DNA of 63,909 nt, the filler included, from Octopus bimaculoides (Eukaryota): NCBI RefSeq assembly GCF_001194135.2. It is 4 parts of 3 records of this genome, joined end to end, with 100 filler letters (N's around TTAATTAATTAA, not from the genome) between each part and the next. Parts side by side here need not be neighbours in the genome. Positions count along the whole stretch, not along the records: positions 49,132 to 63,909 come from NC_068982.1; 3 more parts are not named here. The stretch is one strand, 5' to 3'. A program made the position numbers and the translations under genes. The notes beneath the pieces were generated by a model. The model did not search any database. It was not told the origin of the DNA and worked only from the letters and a program-made list of their open reading frames with translations. This document shows, piece by piece, positions 50,791-63,546 of the stretch; positions within the stretch are counted from its first letter, which is position 1; every line of letters starts with the position of its first letter.

Positions 50791-52139
50791 CAATACCTCA
50801 GAAACTGCAAGTCAGTTGTATATGTGTGTGTTTATCTTTTACTGATGTCCATTAATGAAAGATATAAGCACTAAGAAACTCTGAAACTGGTGACTCTCTT
50901 TTGTCACTCTTACTTTTGCAAATACAGTAAACCAATGATTAGCTTACTGGATCTCTGTAACAAGCAACACTATTGTTCACAAATTGTAATATTACATTTA
51001 AGTAAAGTAGTTGGTTGGTTTTGAAGTTGTATGGGGAAAAAATGTTGGGGATTGCCTCGTGTTTCCATTAGAGGTAGTTTTTCTTTGATGTATGAAAATG
51101 ATTTTAAAACTGAACTGCCTGAATCAGAAAATCTTAAAAGATTATCACAAAACAAATTTTGCAGTGAAAATGTAATACACTGGTTTCAAAACTACAATTA
51201 TAGGATATTTCAGTTGGAAGAAACATATATAGATTCTAACTAAAACAAAAGATTAGGAAATGAAGTACGTCTTTATCCAGCTGCTATACAAGTTTTTTTT
51301 TTGTGTCATCTTTTACGAACAGGCAACAGAATTTTGCATACTTTTCTTAAAAGTAAGTTATAACTTACCATGTGGCAGAATTTGTAAGCGAAATTTAGTG
51401 ACCAAAGCCTCATTTAAGAAGTGCTGAAGATCCAGACTTTCATGTGATTCAAGGAAGGAATATGCTGGAATGGCCTTGACTTACAAGTAGATATTTTCTG
51501 CTCTGCAAGTTTATAAACAGATTTTAATGTTGTTGCAATAATAAGAGCTGTATGAATTCTGTTAATAGTTAAGTACATTGGCATGGACACAAGTGCAGTA
51601 AGACTAGACTAACTGCAGTTGATCTTGTTGAGTATTCTTTCTAATCAACCATCTGTATTTTCTCTATTCTGATGTTTACCTTTTAAAGCTTCAAATGGAA
51701 TTCATTTTGCATTCTTTTTATCCATTTTGAAGTTGTAAGAAAGAAATGATGAGGGAGGCTCATGAACATTTGCACACGTTATTTAAACCTTGTCATCAAA
51801 AGCATTTTGCAGTGCATGTGTTTTTGTTTATGTAAAAGGTCAAGATCTGATAAAGCAAGTTAATTGCAGAGAAAGCTTGAATATAAATATTGGATTTCTT
51901 TAGAGTTGGGGTATATGACTTCCTAGTTATAGACTTCCCTCACACTGGCAGTTAATATCTACATAGAAAATCTGTTTCTTACAATGTCCATTTGACTTGG
52001 TTTTACACTGCTACTATCACTCTCTGTTTCTAGTTTCTCTCTTTCTCCTAGTTTCAGTTCACTTGTATTTGCTTTTGATACTTCATGTTTGGCTCCAAGA
52101 CCGATCTCAACACTGAACTCTACAAAGGAAATGACAAAA

Positions 52140-52860
52140 GAGCTAGGTACCTGCCTACCACAACAATTGATGTCCTAATATCACCTTGATAATGCCTCTC
52201 TGTGAGGGACTCTGCCCAACCCCCACCTACATCTTCTCTGCCCTGTCAACCATTTCTTCCTTCATTTCATCTCCAAGATCAGAATAGGCACATACTACAT
52301 TCTCCTGCTTACTCAGTTAACTTCCGTTTTCCATTATTTTTCTCTGCCTACTGTCTCCACCATTCACCTTTCTGTACCTTCTCTTTCCTGTGTTAACATA
52401 TTACTTATCTGTTATCACCCTCAGTGTCCTCTCATATCTAGTGTAACCCCTTCCCCCAAACCTCTCCTATATTCACTCTATTTTCAACTGTCACCTGTCC
52501 CAACACGTCTTCATCACCCTCTCTCTTTATTATTGCTCTCTGACTCACCTATTCTCTTTATCTTACTCTCTAACTCACCGTCCTTTCTTTTCCAACTAGA
52601 ATATCCATGTATCTACTCTGCAGTAAGATACCTGTCCCTCTATACCTTTAATCTCTCATTAACTGGCACAAAGTCACTCCCCACTCTCAGTTGAGGGGTC
52701 TTTGTCTTGCTGGTGCCATGTAAAAAACACCCAGTACACTCTGTAGTGATTGGTGAGTGTCCAACTGTAGAAACTATACCAAAACAGACAATGAAGCCTG
52801 AAACCGTCCAACCCTTGCCAGCATAAAAAAATAGACATTAAGTAATGATTGATGATATAG
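52140..52860 (+). mobile_element. Degraded 3' UTR and tail of an RTE-like LINE
   Basis: CT-rich tract, then ctggtgccatgtaaaaaacacccagtacactctg...tagaaac...aaaacagaca...cccttgccagcat...gacattaa plus (TGA)n-like tail. The same tail recurs at about 57760-57945 (+) and 61820-61920 (-). RTE assignment is from recall. Confidence 0.45.
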
Positions 52861-53089
52861 TTTCTGCCTCTGGTGGGTCAAGCAACTATATAAAAGCTGC
52901 CATTTTTATTAATTTTTACTGGGTTGCAAGCTTACACGTGTAATTCCACCACTTGAAGCATGGATTCATTTATTTGAGTTTCAGTCTTGTAAGCATTTGG
53001 ACAAGGCCTCTGGCAATGAATTATCTTGATCTCACTGAATACTAACAGCAACTACACTTTAAAGCATGAGCCATAAAATAACCCTAAAA

Positions 53090-53830
53090 TCTGCTGGACA
53101 ATGTCTGCAGTTCAAAATCCAACCTAGATTCCAAGTTTCACCAAATAACAAACAACATTCTCCTGTTATAGCTTATTTATGCTGCACTCAAAATAGGAAT
53201 TTCACCCTTAAAACTATATCCTTCAGTTACTTTAAATGCTAGGTAATCTCAGACCTGTAATCTAGCAAAGAATGCACCACAAAGAACAACCTTCTTGAAT
53301 AAGATCAGACAAAAAATATTTCAGTTCCCAGCTATAACTAATCCTGTATAAAGCTCTGGTAAGATCTACAACAGAAAGAATTCCACTTCTTTTTAATGCT
53401 TTAATCTGGAGGAAAGTATGGCAGTTATGAAGTTCACAGGTGATCTAAGACCAGTGTATATAGTTTATGGCATCTGGGATGGTGCTACTATGTACACGCA
53501 TACACTCTAGAGAAAGATCACTCAACTGACTGGTGGTACAATTTTGGTCTCTAATATTCTGGTTCACAAATGTACTATCTCCTCAATATTACCTTTTCTA
53601 ATGCAACAAATGAGGTCTCTGCTCCTTTGAGCTACCTGGTCATGTGCCACCTCTTCTTAGGCTCTCATCTTATTTCTCTTCCTTTCAGCACTCATATTGT
53701 CTCCACTCTAGGTACAAATAAACCACACTGATCAACCCTCTGGAATTTTCTCTTGCATCTAGGGAGAATATCAGTTGCAATGTTGATCTTGCTAGTTTCA
53801 GATCACCTTTGAATACCATAACTGCAGCAT
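53090..53830 (+). mobile_element. Degraded CR1/L2-like LINE 3' region
   Basis: LILYKALVRS, CSFELPGHVPPL and LWNFL motifs appear in the expected order. Confidence 0.4.
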
Positions 53831-54359
53831 CTTCCACCAGTCAAAACTATTAGAAAGAAATGGAATTCTTTCATTTCTTAATTTACTAGATATTTTGAAG
53901 TGCAGGAGAGTGACAGCTGGTAACATTTAACTGTTGTCTTAGTCTTTGCAAAATGTAAATTTATGCACTCCATAGAAGCTATTTCTAGTATGTGGAGCAA
54001 CCCAACAAAAACTATCTCTGCTTGAATTTATCTTTTACAATGGTAATGGGAGGTTGATTAAATTAATATACTTTTAAAGAATAAAGTTTAGAATGGTACA
54101 ACAATGCACTATAAAACAAAAAATGGACTACATACCTGTTGTAATTTGGTTATCTATAGTCCGATGATATTTTGGAATTACAATTCCTTCTTCAGATCTT
54201 AGATGTAGTCTCTTGAAATGTTTGTACCATTAAAACATTTTTATATTGTAATTGATAACTTCAAGTGGTTGCAACTAAGATGTTTAACAACACTGTGCCA
54301 GGAGTCTCTGTCCCCCATTAGCTTTGGTAGGTTTCAATTTCATGTGTGTCTCTGCTAAT

Positions 54360-55530
54360 AACATTAAAGCAACTGAATGGTCTTCATCCTGTTAGGGTGG
54401 AGAAGTCTCCAAAATGATATCTGTATGGCCTGTTGTTCAGTATAGAATGTGTCCATAAATTTCCTTTTTGGTCTTGTGCAAATCCCATGAACCCTCATCA
54501 GAAGTCTGGCATATGTATCATCGATGTGATCTTGAAACTCCTTTGATGTCCAGGTTTTGTCTCCATAGAGAAGAATGCTGTGGAGAAAGCCAGGCTTGTT
54601 GACTTTGAAATGATTAATAGATGTTTTGAAGCTTGTTACAGATACTCTAGGCTTGTTCATTGCATATCAGGAAGTCTTTCTTACTGTCAACCCAAGGTAC
54701 TTCAAGTCATTGTGTCATGTGTCGTCGTTATGAAATTTTGCAGGTGGTTCTTATCCTTATTTCCAGTCCTACACTCAGTCAGCATTGAGAAACTGACTGA
54801 CTGAAGCATTCTCAAGAGATGTCTTGTGCATCACACACTTTGAGCTACATCATCAGCAAGTCACTGACATATGGTTCTGCTGATGTCTTGATCACTTCTG
54901 CTAGAGGTGGGGGGGGGGGTCCACTACAAAAAGAAAAAGTACTAGGGCATCTTTCAAGATTTATAAAGCTAGAGGTAAGGGTTTAATTTCTCCGTAGAGG
55001 CAAATGAAGATCATCTTCCTTTGGAAGTAGAATAATTGAAGACTGAAAAGGTTGTTGGTTTGTTTCCTTTATTGGTCTCATCTCAAGTCCAACAGACGTA
55101 GACGAGTTGACTCTTCCAGATGGTGGCTAGGCTATTATCTGGAATTGATGTCTTGTCTAGGCATTTTTTAAAGCTCTTCTATGGTAAATGGGCCAGATTC
55201 AATCAGCAAGCGGTCTGGTACTTCATAGTTGAAGAAAGGCTTGTCATCAAGATTTGGAGTTATGTAGCTGTTTTACCAAGAAGTAGTCTGAAAGTACTCA
55301 ACCAGACCTCAATGCTGATCAGTGTTTTTCCTTGCTATGTTCATCATTGGAGAAATTATCTTCAAAGCTACCTGGGCGGCAACATGCTTATTTTCATTAT
55401 GGAAGTCATCAAGTTCTTCAGTTTTTGATTCTTGTGCCTCCTTGTATGCTTTATCAAGTGTGACTTTAAAGTGAGTCAAGGTAATGACAGCTTCCTTAGA
55501 TTTCTGCTATTTGAAGAGACAGGCAGTTAT
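54360..55530 (-). mobile_element. Degraded RTE-like LINE fragment
   Basis: IESGPFTIEEL, an ADDVA-like RT motif, DLKYLG and SILLYGDKTW...TYARLLMRV, with deletions and frameshifts. Confidence 0.6.
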
Positions 55531-55849
55531 AGCAGCTTACAGTTCTCCAGACACTACATTACTAGAAATAGTTGAATAATGCTACAGGTATGTATATACA
55601 GCATGGCTTGGTTTTTTTTAAATTTACTACTGAATGTATTGGCTAATTATAAAAATATGTCTCCTTTACCTTGTTTAAGTAAGCTCTTTCAATACATTCT
55701 AAGTGCCTGGTAGACAAGGAGTGTTGGGGCTCATCTTAACTTGTGATTTTTAGTAGTTAGGGTATGAGGTTTAAACTAAAAGTAATGCAAAAATGAGCAT
55801 AACTATTATTAATCAACATAAGTCTTTCTAATTGCACGTTAGTAGAGTA

Positions 55850-56560
55850 ACTCTTCCTCTATGCAAAGATATTACTCAACACAGTTTTCATAGCAAGGAA
55901 TGCACTATTTTTGAGCACAACTCTTGAATTCTCTTTGCGAAAAAGGCGAGTGTGTTGTGTTGTATCCACTTCTTCACAGCCCTTTTCTGAGACTAAACTG
56001 TCACAGAAGACTGTCTTTCACTGGACTGAAGAGGAGGGAACCAGAAGATATGCTTGTCATTCCCCATGGATTGAATCTTCGTTTCTGGATCAAATGTACA
56101 CCCATGTTTCATCCCTTGTCACCAGATGAGAAAAAAGGTACTGGTTTCAAATGCTTCCAATAAATTAGATGCTCTCCTTCAAATTGGATGTCAGCTTCTG
56201 AGGAATTCACTTTCCAATACCTTAAGTCTTCCACCATCTGTAATGCATTATGACCACAATCCAATTGTGCAACAAGCTTGAGAATTGTAACTTGTTTGTC
56301 TGCAATTCATTTCATCTGCTCATTGGTGATTTATGTCAGTGGTCACAGTTAATGGCTTGTCACCAATGCTGGCTTCTCCATTCTTTAAATTTCATCCATC
56401 TGTGCACATTACTCATAAAGTGTCAGTTCTGTAAACAACCTGTAATCTGTGGATACAGCCTGCATCCCTTTTTCGTCTATAACTCAGTGATGGCATGTTG
56501 CTTCTACTACCTATTATTTGCTTGTCATAAAGGACAAGAGTTCCTACAATGTACAATTTT
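55850..56560 (-). mobile_element. Degraded mariner transposase remnant
   Basis: NGEASIGDKP and VTRDETWV / FDPETKIQSM correspond to mariner VTGDETWVHHFDPETKxQS. Frameshifted. Confidence 0.65.
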
Positions 56561-57759
56561 AATGACTTGTATCAATAAAGTTATACCCACTTTTGCATTA
56601 TTTTCAATAAAACCTTCATATTCTCCACAAGTTATTTACTTGTAAGTTCGTTATTCTCTTTTGAAAAGGAGAATGATGTCCTTTTGATAAATGTCTCAAC
56701 AGCTTAACACTATAGAGATTAAATTTATCAGTTTTAATGTCTTCTCATTCTGATGTGTATTAGATAATATATCACTATTTTCATTTCATCTTATAAACAA
56801 TATCCTATCATTTCTACTGCTGCTGATAGTACTCGTAATATTATACCTAACTCTTCTCATTTCTTTATATTACATATCCATATGAAATACAGCTGTTGTT
56901 CTTGCACGGATAATTTTTTTTTTGTAAGTCCAGCTGGTTTCTCAGTTTTCTTGTATTTACCTTTCATACAAATTAATATTACAAATCCAACAGATCATAT
57001 TCAACATATTCTATTCATTGTAAATTTTGTTACTGAAGAGAAATGTCAAACAAATACAACTTACATTTCTTTTATCATATGTAGGTGTGTGTGTGTGGGG
57101 GGAATATGGTAATAAAGAATACATTTATTGATGTCTCTGGCTAAAAATATTTACAACCTCAGGTAAAAACTGTTTTCTATTTTTGTAAGTGATGAAGTAA
57201 ACCAATGAAGAATCTCTACATGATCAATTGAATTGCAAGAAATAACAATCAAATTTCTCTTATCATACCTGCCACTTTTTCTTGAAGAGACAGAACACAG
57301 TAGATAGTTATAAGTGCTTTTGATGACAGGGTCTAAATCAGTTGTGGGCAGACTGTGGCCCATAGTACTTTCTGAATGCCATGCCAAACAAAAAATTACC
57401 TTTAATTTGTTAAGTAGCATAGTCCACCTGATGCAGCCTGCTTCTCAAAAAAAACAAAACAAAAAAAACTGCCTATACTTGGTCTAAATAACAGTAACAA
57501 ATCTTGCTCCTGGATAGAATGTCAAGTAAATCTAGATTTACTCAACATCCTATATACTAAAGAGTTTATGCATATAATACTATTAAAAAAAATTTAATTG
57601 AATGCAAGGTAGCCATGTATCTCTTCTAGAGCATGAAACCTTTTCGAGCTCCTGCCTTCATTCTTTAACTTTTCTTCTAGCATAAAGTTGCCTCCTCTGT
57701 TTTAGTTCCACTCAGTCGAGGTGGATCTTAGTCTTGCAAGTTATGTGATAACCTCACTA

Positions 57760-57945
57760 GTGTTGGTGCCATAAAAAAAAAACGTGCAGTTCACTCTGCA
57801 AAGTAGTTGGCAATGAGAAGGGGTTCCAGCCATAGAAACCATGTCAAAACAGACATTGGAGCATGACATAATCCTCCAACTCATCAGATGCTGTTGAGCT
57901 ATACCAGTACGGAAGACAGACATTAAATGATGATGTTGATGTATT
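57760..57945 (+). mobile_element. LINE 3' tail fragment (same family as 52700-52860)
   Basis: ggtgccataaaa...ccagccatagaaaccatgtcaaaacagacattgg...gacattaaatgatgatg. Confidence 0.5.
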
Positions 57946-58286
57946 CCACATATGTACGAGTATTTCTGCAAGATTTTTCACCAATGCCTCTAATACTGAC
58001 TTCTCAAATTGTGGCAAAGTCTAGAGATGTGTTGGATAGATTCTACTGACAATGTTGATTCTGATAACTGAAAAGAAGATCAGAAAAAAAAACTCAAAGT
58101 CATTTAATCAAGTTCTTTACTGATTCAGCTCTTCCAGACATCTCCAATATTTAAGTTCCAAAGGAAAGGATTTTTTTTTCTTTTTTTGTGTGCGTGTAAC
58201 AATATTATAGACAAATATAAATTCAAATGAGGCCTTTAAATAATTGACAGATGTCTGAGCAAAAGCACTGTTAAGGAGTAATTTAA

Positions 58287-58505
58287 CTCTAGCATTCAGA
58301 TTACACTGTCAAATGTAATCCTGATTTATTCACATTGTTTTAAATTAATCATGCATTATTTCATAGCTTCGAGATTTCAATGACGTGATTGCTCATTTTT
58401 GGAATGACATTGTAGGGCCAATGTGAGAAGGCAGATCCGGTCAGTTTGATCATAAAACGTATAGAATATTTGAACCAGATATGGCCAGTTTTAATGCAAA
58501 AAGAT
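58287..58505. mobile_element. Possible old piggyBac-type MITE
   Basis: The left end TTAA|ctctagcatt has only a degenerate inverted match at the right end. The call rests mostly on recall of a similar Octopus repeat. Confidence 0.3.
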
Positions 58506-59689
58506 GAAAGTTATGGGGCACTAATTTGACAAAAGAATATAAACTTCATGATTCAGAGACTCTTGGAAATTAATATTTAGGACTCTCTTATTCAATGTAT
58601 CATTTTTTAAAAAGATAGGGTGTGATTTAAAGGAGATTTGACTGCTACTTCTGATCGGTTCAGTTGGCATGAAGAAGACAATCTTTGCAAATTGTTAAGT
58701 TAGATAGCTATCTGTCCTTCTAGATAATTGCTAGTATGGAGAGTAAAATGAGGTTTATCCATTCTAAATAGAACTTCTATATTTGATATAAACAAGAGGT
58801 TTTCAAGAAAATTTAAGATTGAAGTATATAATCACATTTTATTGCTTATTTAGCAAGATTTGTATAAAAATGGTAACAAGAATAATATGTAACAAAAAAA
58901 AAAAATGAAAAATAATACAACAGGTCTTAAGTTAAAATGTTACTTTTGGTAAAGTCCTTTTTTTTCCTCATCTAAAAATGTATATTAAAAAAAGAAAAAA
59001 ATAGAATAACAGCCAATTCTTATCTCCCCCTCCCCTTGTAAAAATACTTTAAACCTTGGCAATAATACATATATCACAAACTCAATATATCAATTTCTTA
59101 AACCTGAACATTGCATACAAATGCAAGCTTGTTGGCAATTATAAATTGAATGAAATAGTAGTTACATAGAGATCCAGAACCAAAGTTGGAATCGGTTTTA
59201 CAGTACCAGCCACATCATGAATATAAGAGAAATTTCTAAGAGACACAAAGCGATAAAATTGTAACAAAGAATTATTGTGAGGTAATGACTTTTTCAAAAG
59301 CAATTATCATGCGAGTGAAGTGAAGTGAAGTGACTTTGCGCAGGAATCAAAACTGGCTTGCTTACTTCAGTACTCAATATACACCCCAAACTTAATCTCA
59401 AAAATACTTCTAACATAATTGATGAAGTACTCATTAGTTACACAGCATCAATAGAAGTTCGTTTCAAGTGTTATTTATAGTTAGAATATTCTTGAATTTA
59501 GAGGTTGTAAGGTTTTTAAGTAAAGCCTTCCCTGAGAAGTAAAGATTCTACCAGCTGAAATTTATAAGATATACATGATTCCATTTAAAACACACATAAT
59601 TTCTTACACTGACACAAAGTCACATGTCAAAGTGTATAGCCAATTGAATTGATATAAGTTCATGGCTTGTTAGGGATAAAACGCAAAGT

Positions 59690-59980
59690 CCACTTACTGG
59701 GATTTGAACTCAGAACTAAATACTGGTACGTAAATTTCTACCTTCTTAATGATTCCTTCTAATTTTAGCATAAGGCCAGTAATTTTTAAGGGGTGGGAGA
59801 AGTTGATTACATCAGTCCCAGGGCTTAATTGGTACTTATTTTTCAACACTGAAAAGATGGAAAGCAAAGTTGACCTTGGCAGCATTTTTTAGCTCAGAGA
59901 TGAAAGAAATACTGTAAAGAGCTGGAAGAAATACTGCTAAGAAATAAAATAAAGAACTGGAAGATATACTGCTAAGCCTT
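59690..59980 (-). mobile_element. Degraded family B SINE sequence
   Basis: ttgattacatcagtcccagggcttaattggtacttattttt...gaaagcaaagttgaccttggc. Confidence 0.55.
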
Positions 59981-60722
59981 AATAATAATAATGCATTCTG
60001 CTTATAGGAATATATTCAATATTTACGATGATCTGAAGTTGAAAGGAAGGTAAATTACATCAAAAAGAAGTAAAAGTTAGGCACTATAATTACAACTCAC
60101 CCAACACAAATATTTTGATGAAATAACTATACTGAAAGTTGCAGATTTTGTTTTTCCTCATTATCATAGAGATAGTAGCAGTGGTGTTAAAGTACTATAT
60201 ACAATAAATCACATGTTCAAAAGTTCAAATTTATTGTATTTGTGGTACATCACACTATGTTGGTAATAATGGTATAGCTAAATGGTCTAAATACATACGG
60301 AACTAATCCTAGAAGATTAAAACTGATTATTAGAAATAACGAAGGAATAATTAATGAAAATCCTCCCATAATTTTACTGAAAGATTGAGCAATTTGTATA
60401 TTAATAATCTGTTTAGGTGGCTTTGCTGAAAATTGGTACCTCTTTTTATGTCATGGTTAAGAGGTTTGTGATTAAATTGTAAATTTGCCAATCTCCACCC
60501 CACTAAAATCCCCCACAATATCAATAACAATACATAACAATATCCTACCTCACCCATATTAGCATGGGATAATGGTTAAAAAAAAATAGTTTCAAACTAT
60601 TAAATAAAAATTTAACTTTAAAATTTTCTACGAAAGTGTTTTAAGGAGAATTTCTTATTTTTGCTTAAAAAATAAGTTATTAATTTTAGAGTAACCGAAA
60701 ACTATCAAAGTACTAAGACTAG

Positions 60723-61126
60723 CTAGACTTGAACATTGATATTGTGAGAATTGGTTCCGTCCTGAAATAAACTCGAAGATGTTGGTAATGCATGTTTAGG
60801 TTGTGAAGACAAGTTGTGCCTCTCTAGCAAGTCTGGTTGGACAGTGTTATCTTGAGATTCATGTGATTCAGATTGATGAACAGCAGATGGATGACTGGCT
60901 TCAGTACCACAACCATCTTGAGATTTGTTCACTTGAGTATTCTGCCTGTGTGACACTTTTGATGTAGCTGTCTCAACCAACTGCCAAAGTTTCATCTCTG
61001 TAGGATCAGACACATCTGCCTCTAGAACTTTTTCAGGTTCATCTCTTTCTTCATAATTCAAAAGATCCTCATTCCTTATTTCTGGATCTTCATCAATTTT
61101 AGAATCCTTTAAAAAACAGTCATAAT
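60723..61126 (-). CDS. Terminal coding exon of an unidentified host gene (acidic, low-complexity C-terminus)
   Basis: Acceptor ctaatcttttcag|AT, then 404 nt (2 nt + 134 codons) open to TAG: (x)YDCFLKDSKIDEDPEIRNEDLLNYEERDEPEKVLEADVSDPTEMKLWQLVETATSK...NINVQV*. Non-repetitive composition. An AATAAA lies downstream on the minus strand (60235-60230). Confidence 0.7.
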
Positions 61127-61333
61127 CTGAAAAGATTAGATATATATATGTATTTATATAGATAGGTATGTATGTATGTATGTTTTCTATTTTTAATCAT
61201 TTGGAATCTTCCTGTAAAGAAGGAACTGGTTTCTAACAGAGATACAAAACTCCATCACTGGAATGTTATAACAAAAGCCATGTTGCATTTTAATTTTGAG
61301 AAAAGTTTTGCATATTTTTACTGTTCCACTTAC

Positions 61334-61377
61334 AGATTGCATTTGTACTATACATGTTAGCTAGTTGACTTCTTTTT
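61334..61377 (-). CDS. Candidate 44-nt internal exon of the same gene
   Basis: gggttttcag|AAAAAG...GCAATCT|gtaagt. Open only as phase 2 to phase 1 (KRSQLANMYSTNAI), which matches the phase of the terminal exon. Confidence 0.45.
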
Positions 61378-61670
61378 CTGAAAACCCTAGCTTTTCTAGA
61401 TTGTTATTCAAGCATTTAGCAACAAAACTGAGTGCACCAATTATTATTGGTATAAATATGAATATATAATCTGGGCAAAGAAACTCAAGATTTAAAAGCA
61501 GTTGTCTATAGTTACCCTCTTCAAGCAATTAGCAGCTTTATTATAACTGAAAAAGCTTTTGCAGAGGATTACAAACAAATTAAACTGTTGTATGACGGAG
61601 ACTTTTGTTTGCAATTAGCACATTCACATAAAGACAAAAGGAAAGAAAAACCACATACATGCACACAGAC

Positions 61671-61722
<52 letters not shown>

Positions 61723-62347
61723 TTGTTGTTGTCATTTTACATCTGATTTCGATACTGATACAATTTGGATGGATCATTTCTGCTTTCTTAGACAGGTCAG
61801 GAGACCACATCTTGCATGGAAGTTTCAGTTTTTATTTGGTTTCTATGGCCTGATGTCCTCCCTAACACCAATCACTTTACACAAAGTGTATTGAGTGCAT
61901 TTTTAGTGGCATCAGCATTAGAGAGGTTCTTACACCTTCATCAAGACTAAATGGCCCTCAAAATATATATTTATAATAGGCTTCTTCCATATTCCATCAA
62001 CCAAATTTCACTCATTGGGTACAGGTCAACCCAATGGAAGACACCAGTCAATGAATTCCATGCTTTGGAAGTGAACCTAAAACAACATGGTTCAGAACCA
62101 TGCCTACAGATATATGTGTGTATGTGTAAACACACACACACATGCACACCAGTGCACTCACACACACGACACTTAATTCACCTAGTCAGATAATGGCCAT
62201 CTTGTTAGTTACAGTTCAGTCAATCACTGTTCACTGTCATGCACCCATGTGTTTTGAGATGGTTCTTAAGTCCAACTTATCATCTAAGAAAGAAACAGAA
62301 TGAAAAAGTAAAGCGATAAAGTCTTTACATTTTTGGATTACAGTTAC

Positions 62348-62381
62348 ATGCTTGTACAAGAAGTATCCATTGTAAAATATC
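62348..62381 (-). CDS. Candidate 34-nt internal exon of the same gene
   Basis: tttgctctcacttgtcacag|GATATT...AAGCAT|gtaact. Phase 1 to 2 reading GYFTMDTSCTS joins the 44-nt exon. The donor is weak. Confidence 0.35.
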
Positions 62382-62624
62382 CTGTGACAAGTGAGAGCAA
62401 ACTGATCATAACTATTTCAGCTGCAGGCTTTTATACCAGAGGGTCTTCTCCAGGCTACTTCAATAAAAAAAATACCATGGACTGCAAGCAAATGTCACTG
62501 TCAGAAAGTTACCTTTATTTTTTTACAAGCCAGTGAATGCAAGGGAAATACAAGTTTACTCTTACAAACACACCTATGTACACAAACACACACACATTCA
62601 TACATGCATGCATACACACAATAG

Positions 62625-62790
62625 GCATCTGGCAGTTTCTGTCTATTAAATCCATTCACAAAGCTTTAGTTGGTCTGAGGCTATAGTAGAAGAGTAGAAG
62701 CCACTTGCTCAAGGTCCCATGCTGTGGGACTTAACTTGAAATCATGTGACTAGGAAAAAATAAACTTTTTAACCACACCACCATGCCTGC
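62625..62790 (-). mobile_element. Degraded family A SINE head
   Basis: tccattcacaaagctttagttggtctgaggctatagtagaag...cttgctcaaggtcccatgctgtgggact. Confidence 0.6.
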
Positions 62791-63262
62791 ATCTACACAC
62801 ACACACACACATTTATTTATGTCTCCTCATAAGAGTTATGGTACCCTCTAGCCCCTCTTTCTCTCATTGTACTCACCCACTGCTTTCTAACTCTCTTTCT
62901 CTTTCACTGTCCTTTCCTCACAACTTCTGTTCCACCTGAAGCCCTCTCATCATTCTCTCTATGGCCTAGCCCCATGACCCTACCACACATCTCTTTCCTT
63001 CAATGACAGCTGTAGCAGAAGTCACTACCTAGCAGTGCCAACTCTAAACCACAGGGATTCAAAGTGAACTGCAAACTCTTTTGTTATGTCACCAAATGCA
63101 GTTAGTAATTTAAAAACTGAAACTTTTTTAGTAAAAAAAAGGGCTAATATTAGTCATACATATGTTAGATAAAAAGAAGTATATTAAAAAACTGTAGAGA
63201 GGCAGTGAGAAAGTTAGAAAGAATATTAGTGCTATATACAGAGAATAAATAGATTATTTTAC

Positions 63263-63284
63263 CTGTCAACATCTTCACTAATGT
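63263..63284 (-). CDS. Candidate 22-nt microexon of the same gene
   Basis: attttaatttttag|ACATTAGTGAAGATGTTGACAG|gtaaaa, with both splice sites strong. Reads TLVKMLT (phase 0 to 1) or DISEDVD (phase 1 to 2). Confidence 0.45.
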
Positions 63285-63546
63285 CTAAAAATTAAAATAT
63301 GGAGAACACTGTAAATAGTAGTAGAAGTAATTGTATATAGGCTACATATAGTTTAATGTGCCTTAGATTGGATAGTAATGTGCTAATATACAAATAGACA
63401 TATATTAGTTACTAACAGAAATAAAGTACATATTTTTATTAACAGGTTCTATATAGCAATACACTAATCTGATAAATACAATGAGCTGTTTAATGCTTGA
63501 GATCAAATGTATCTATGAATGGGTGATCAAAGAGGGAATGTTAAAG

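Noticed and set aside
57330-57365. cagttgtgggcagactgtggccc, resembling a hAT/Charlie terminus
   Set aside because: No matching second end or TSD was found.
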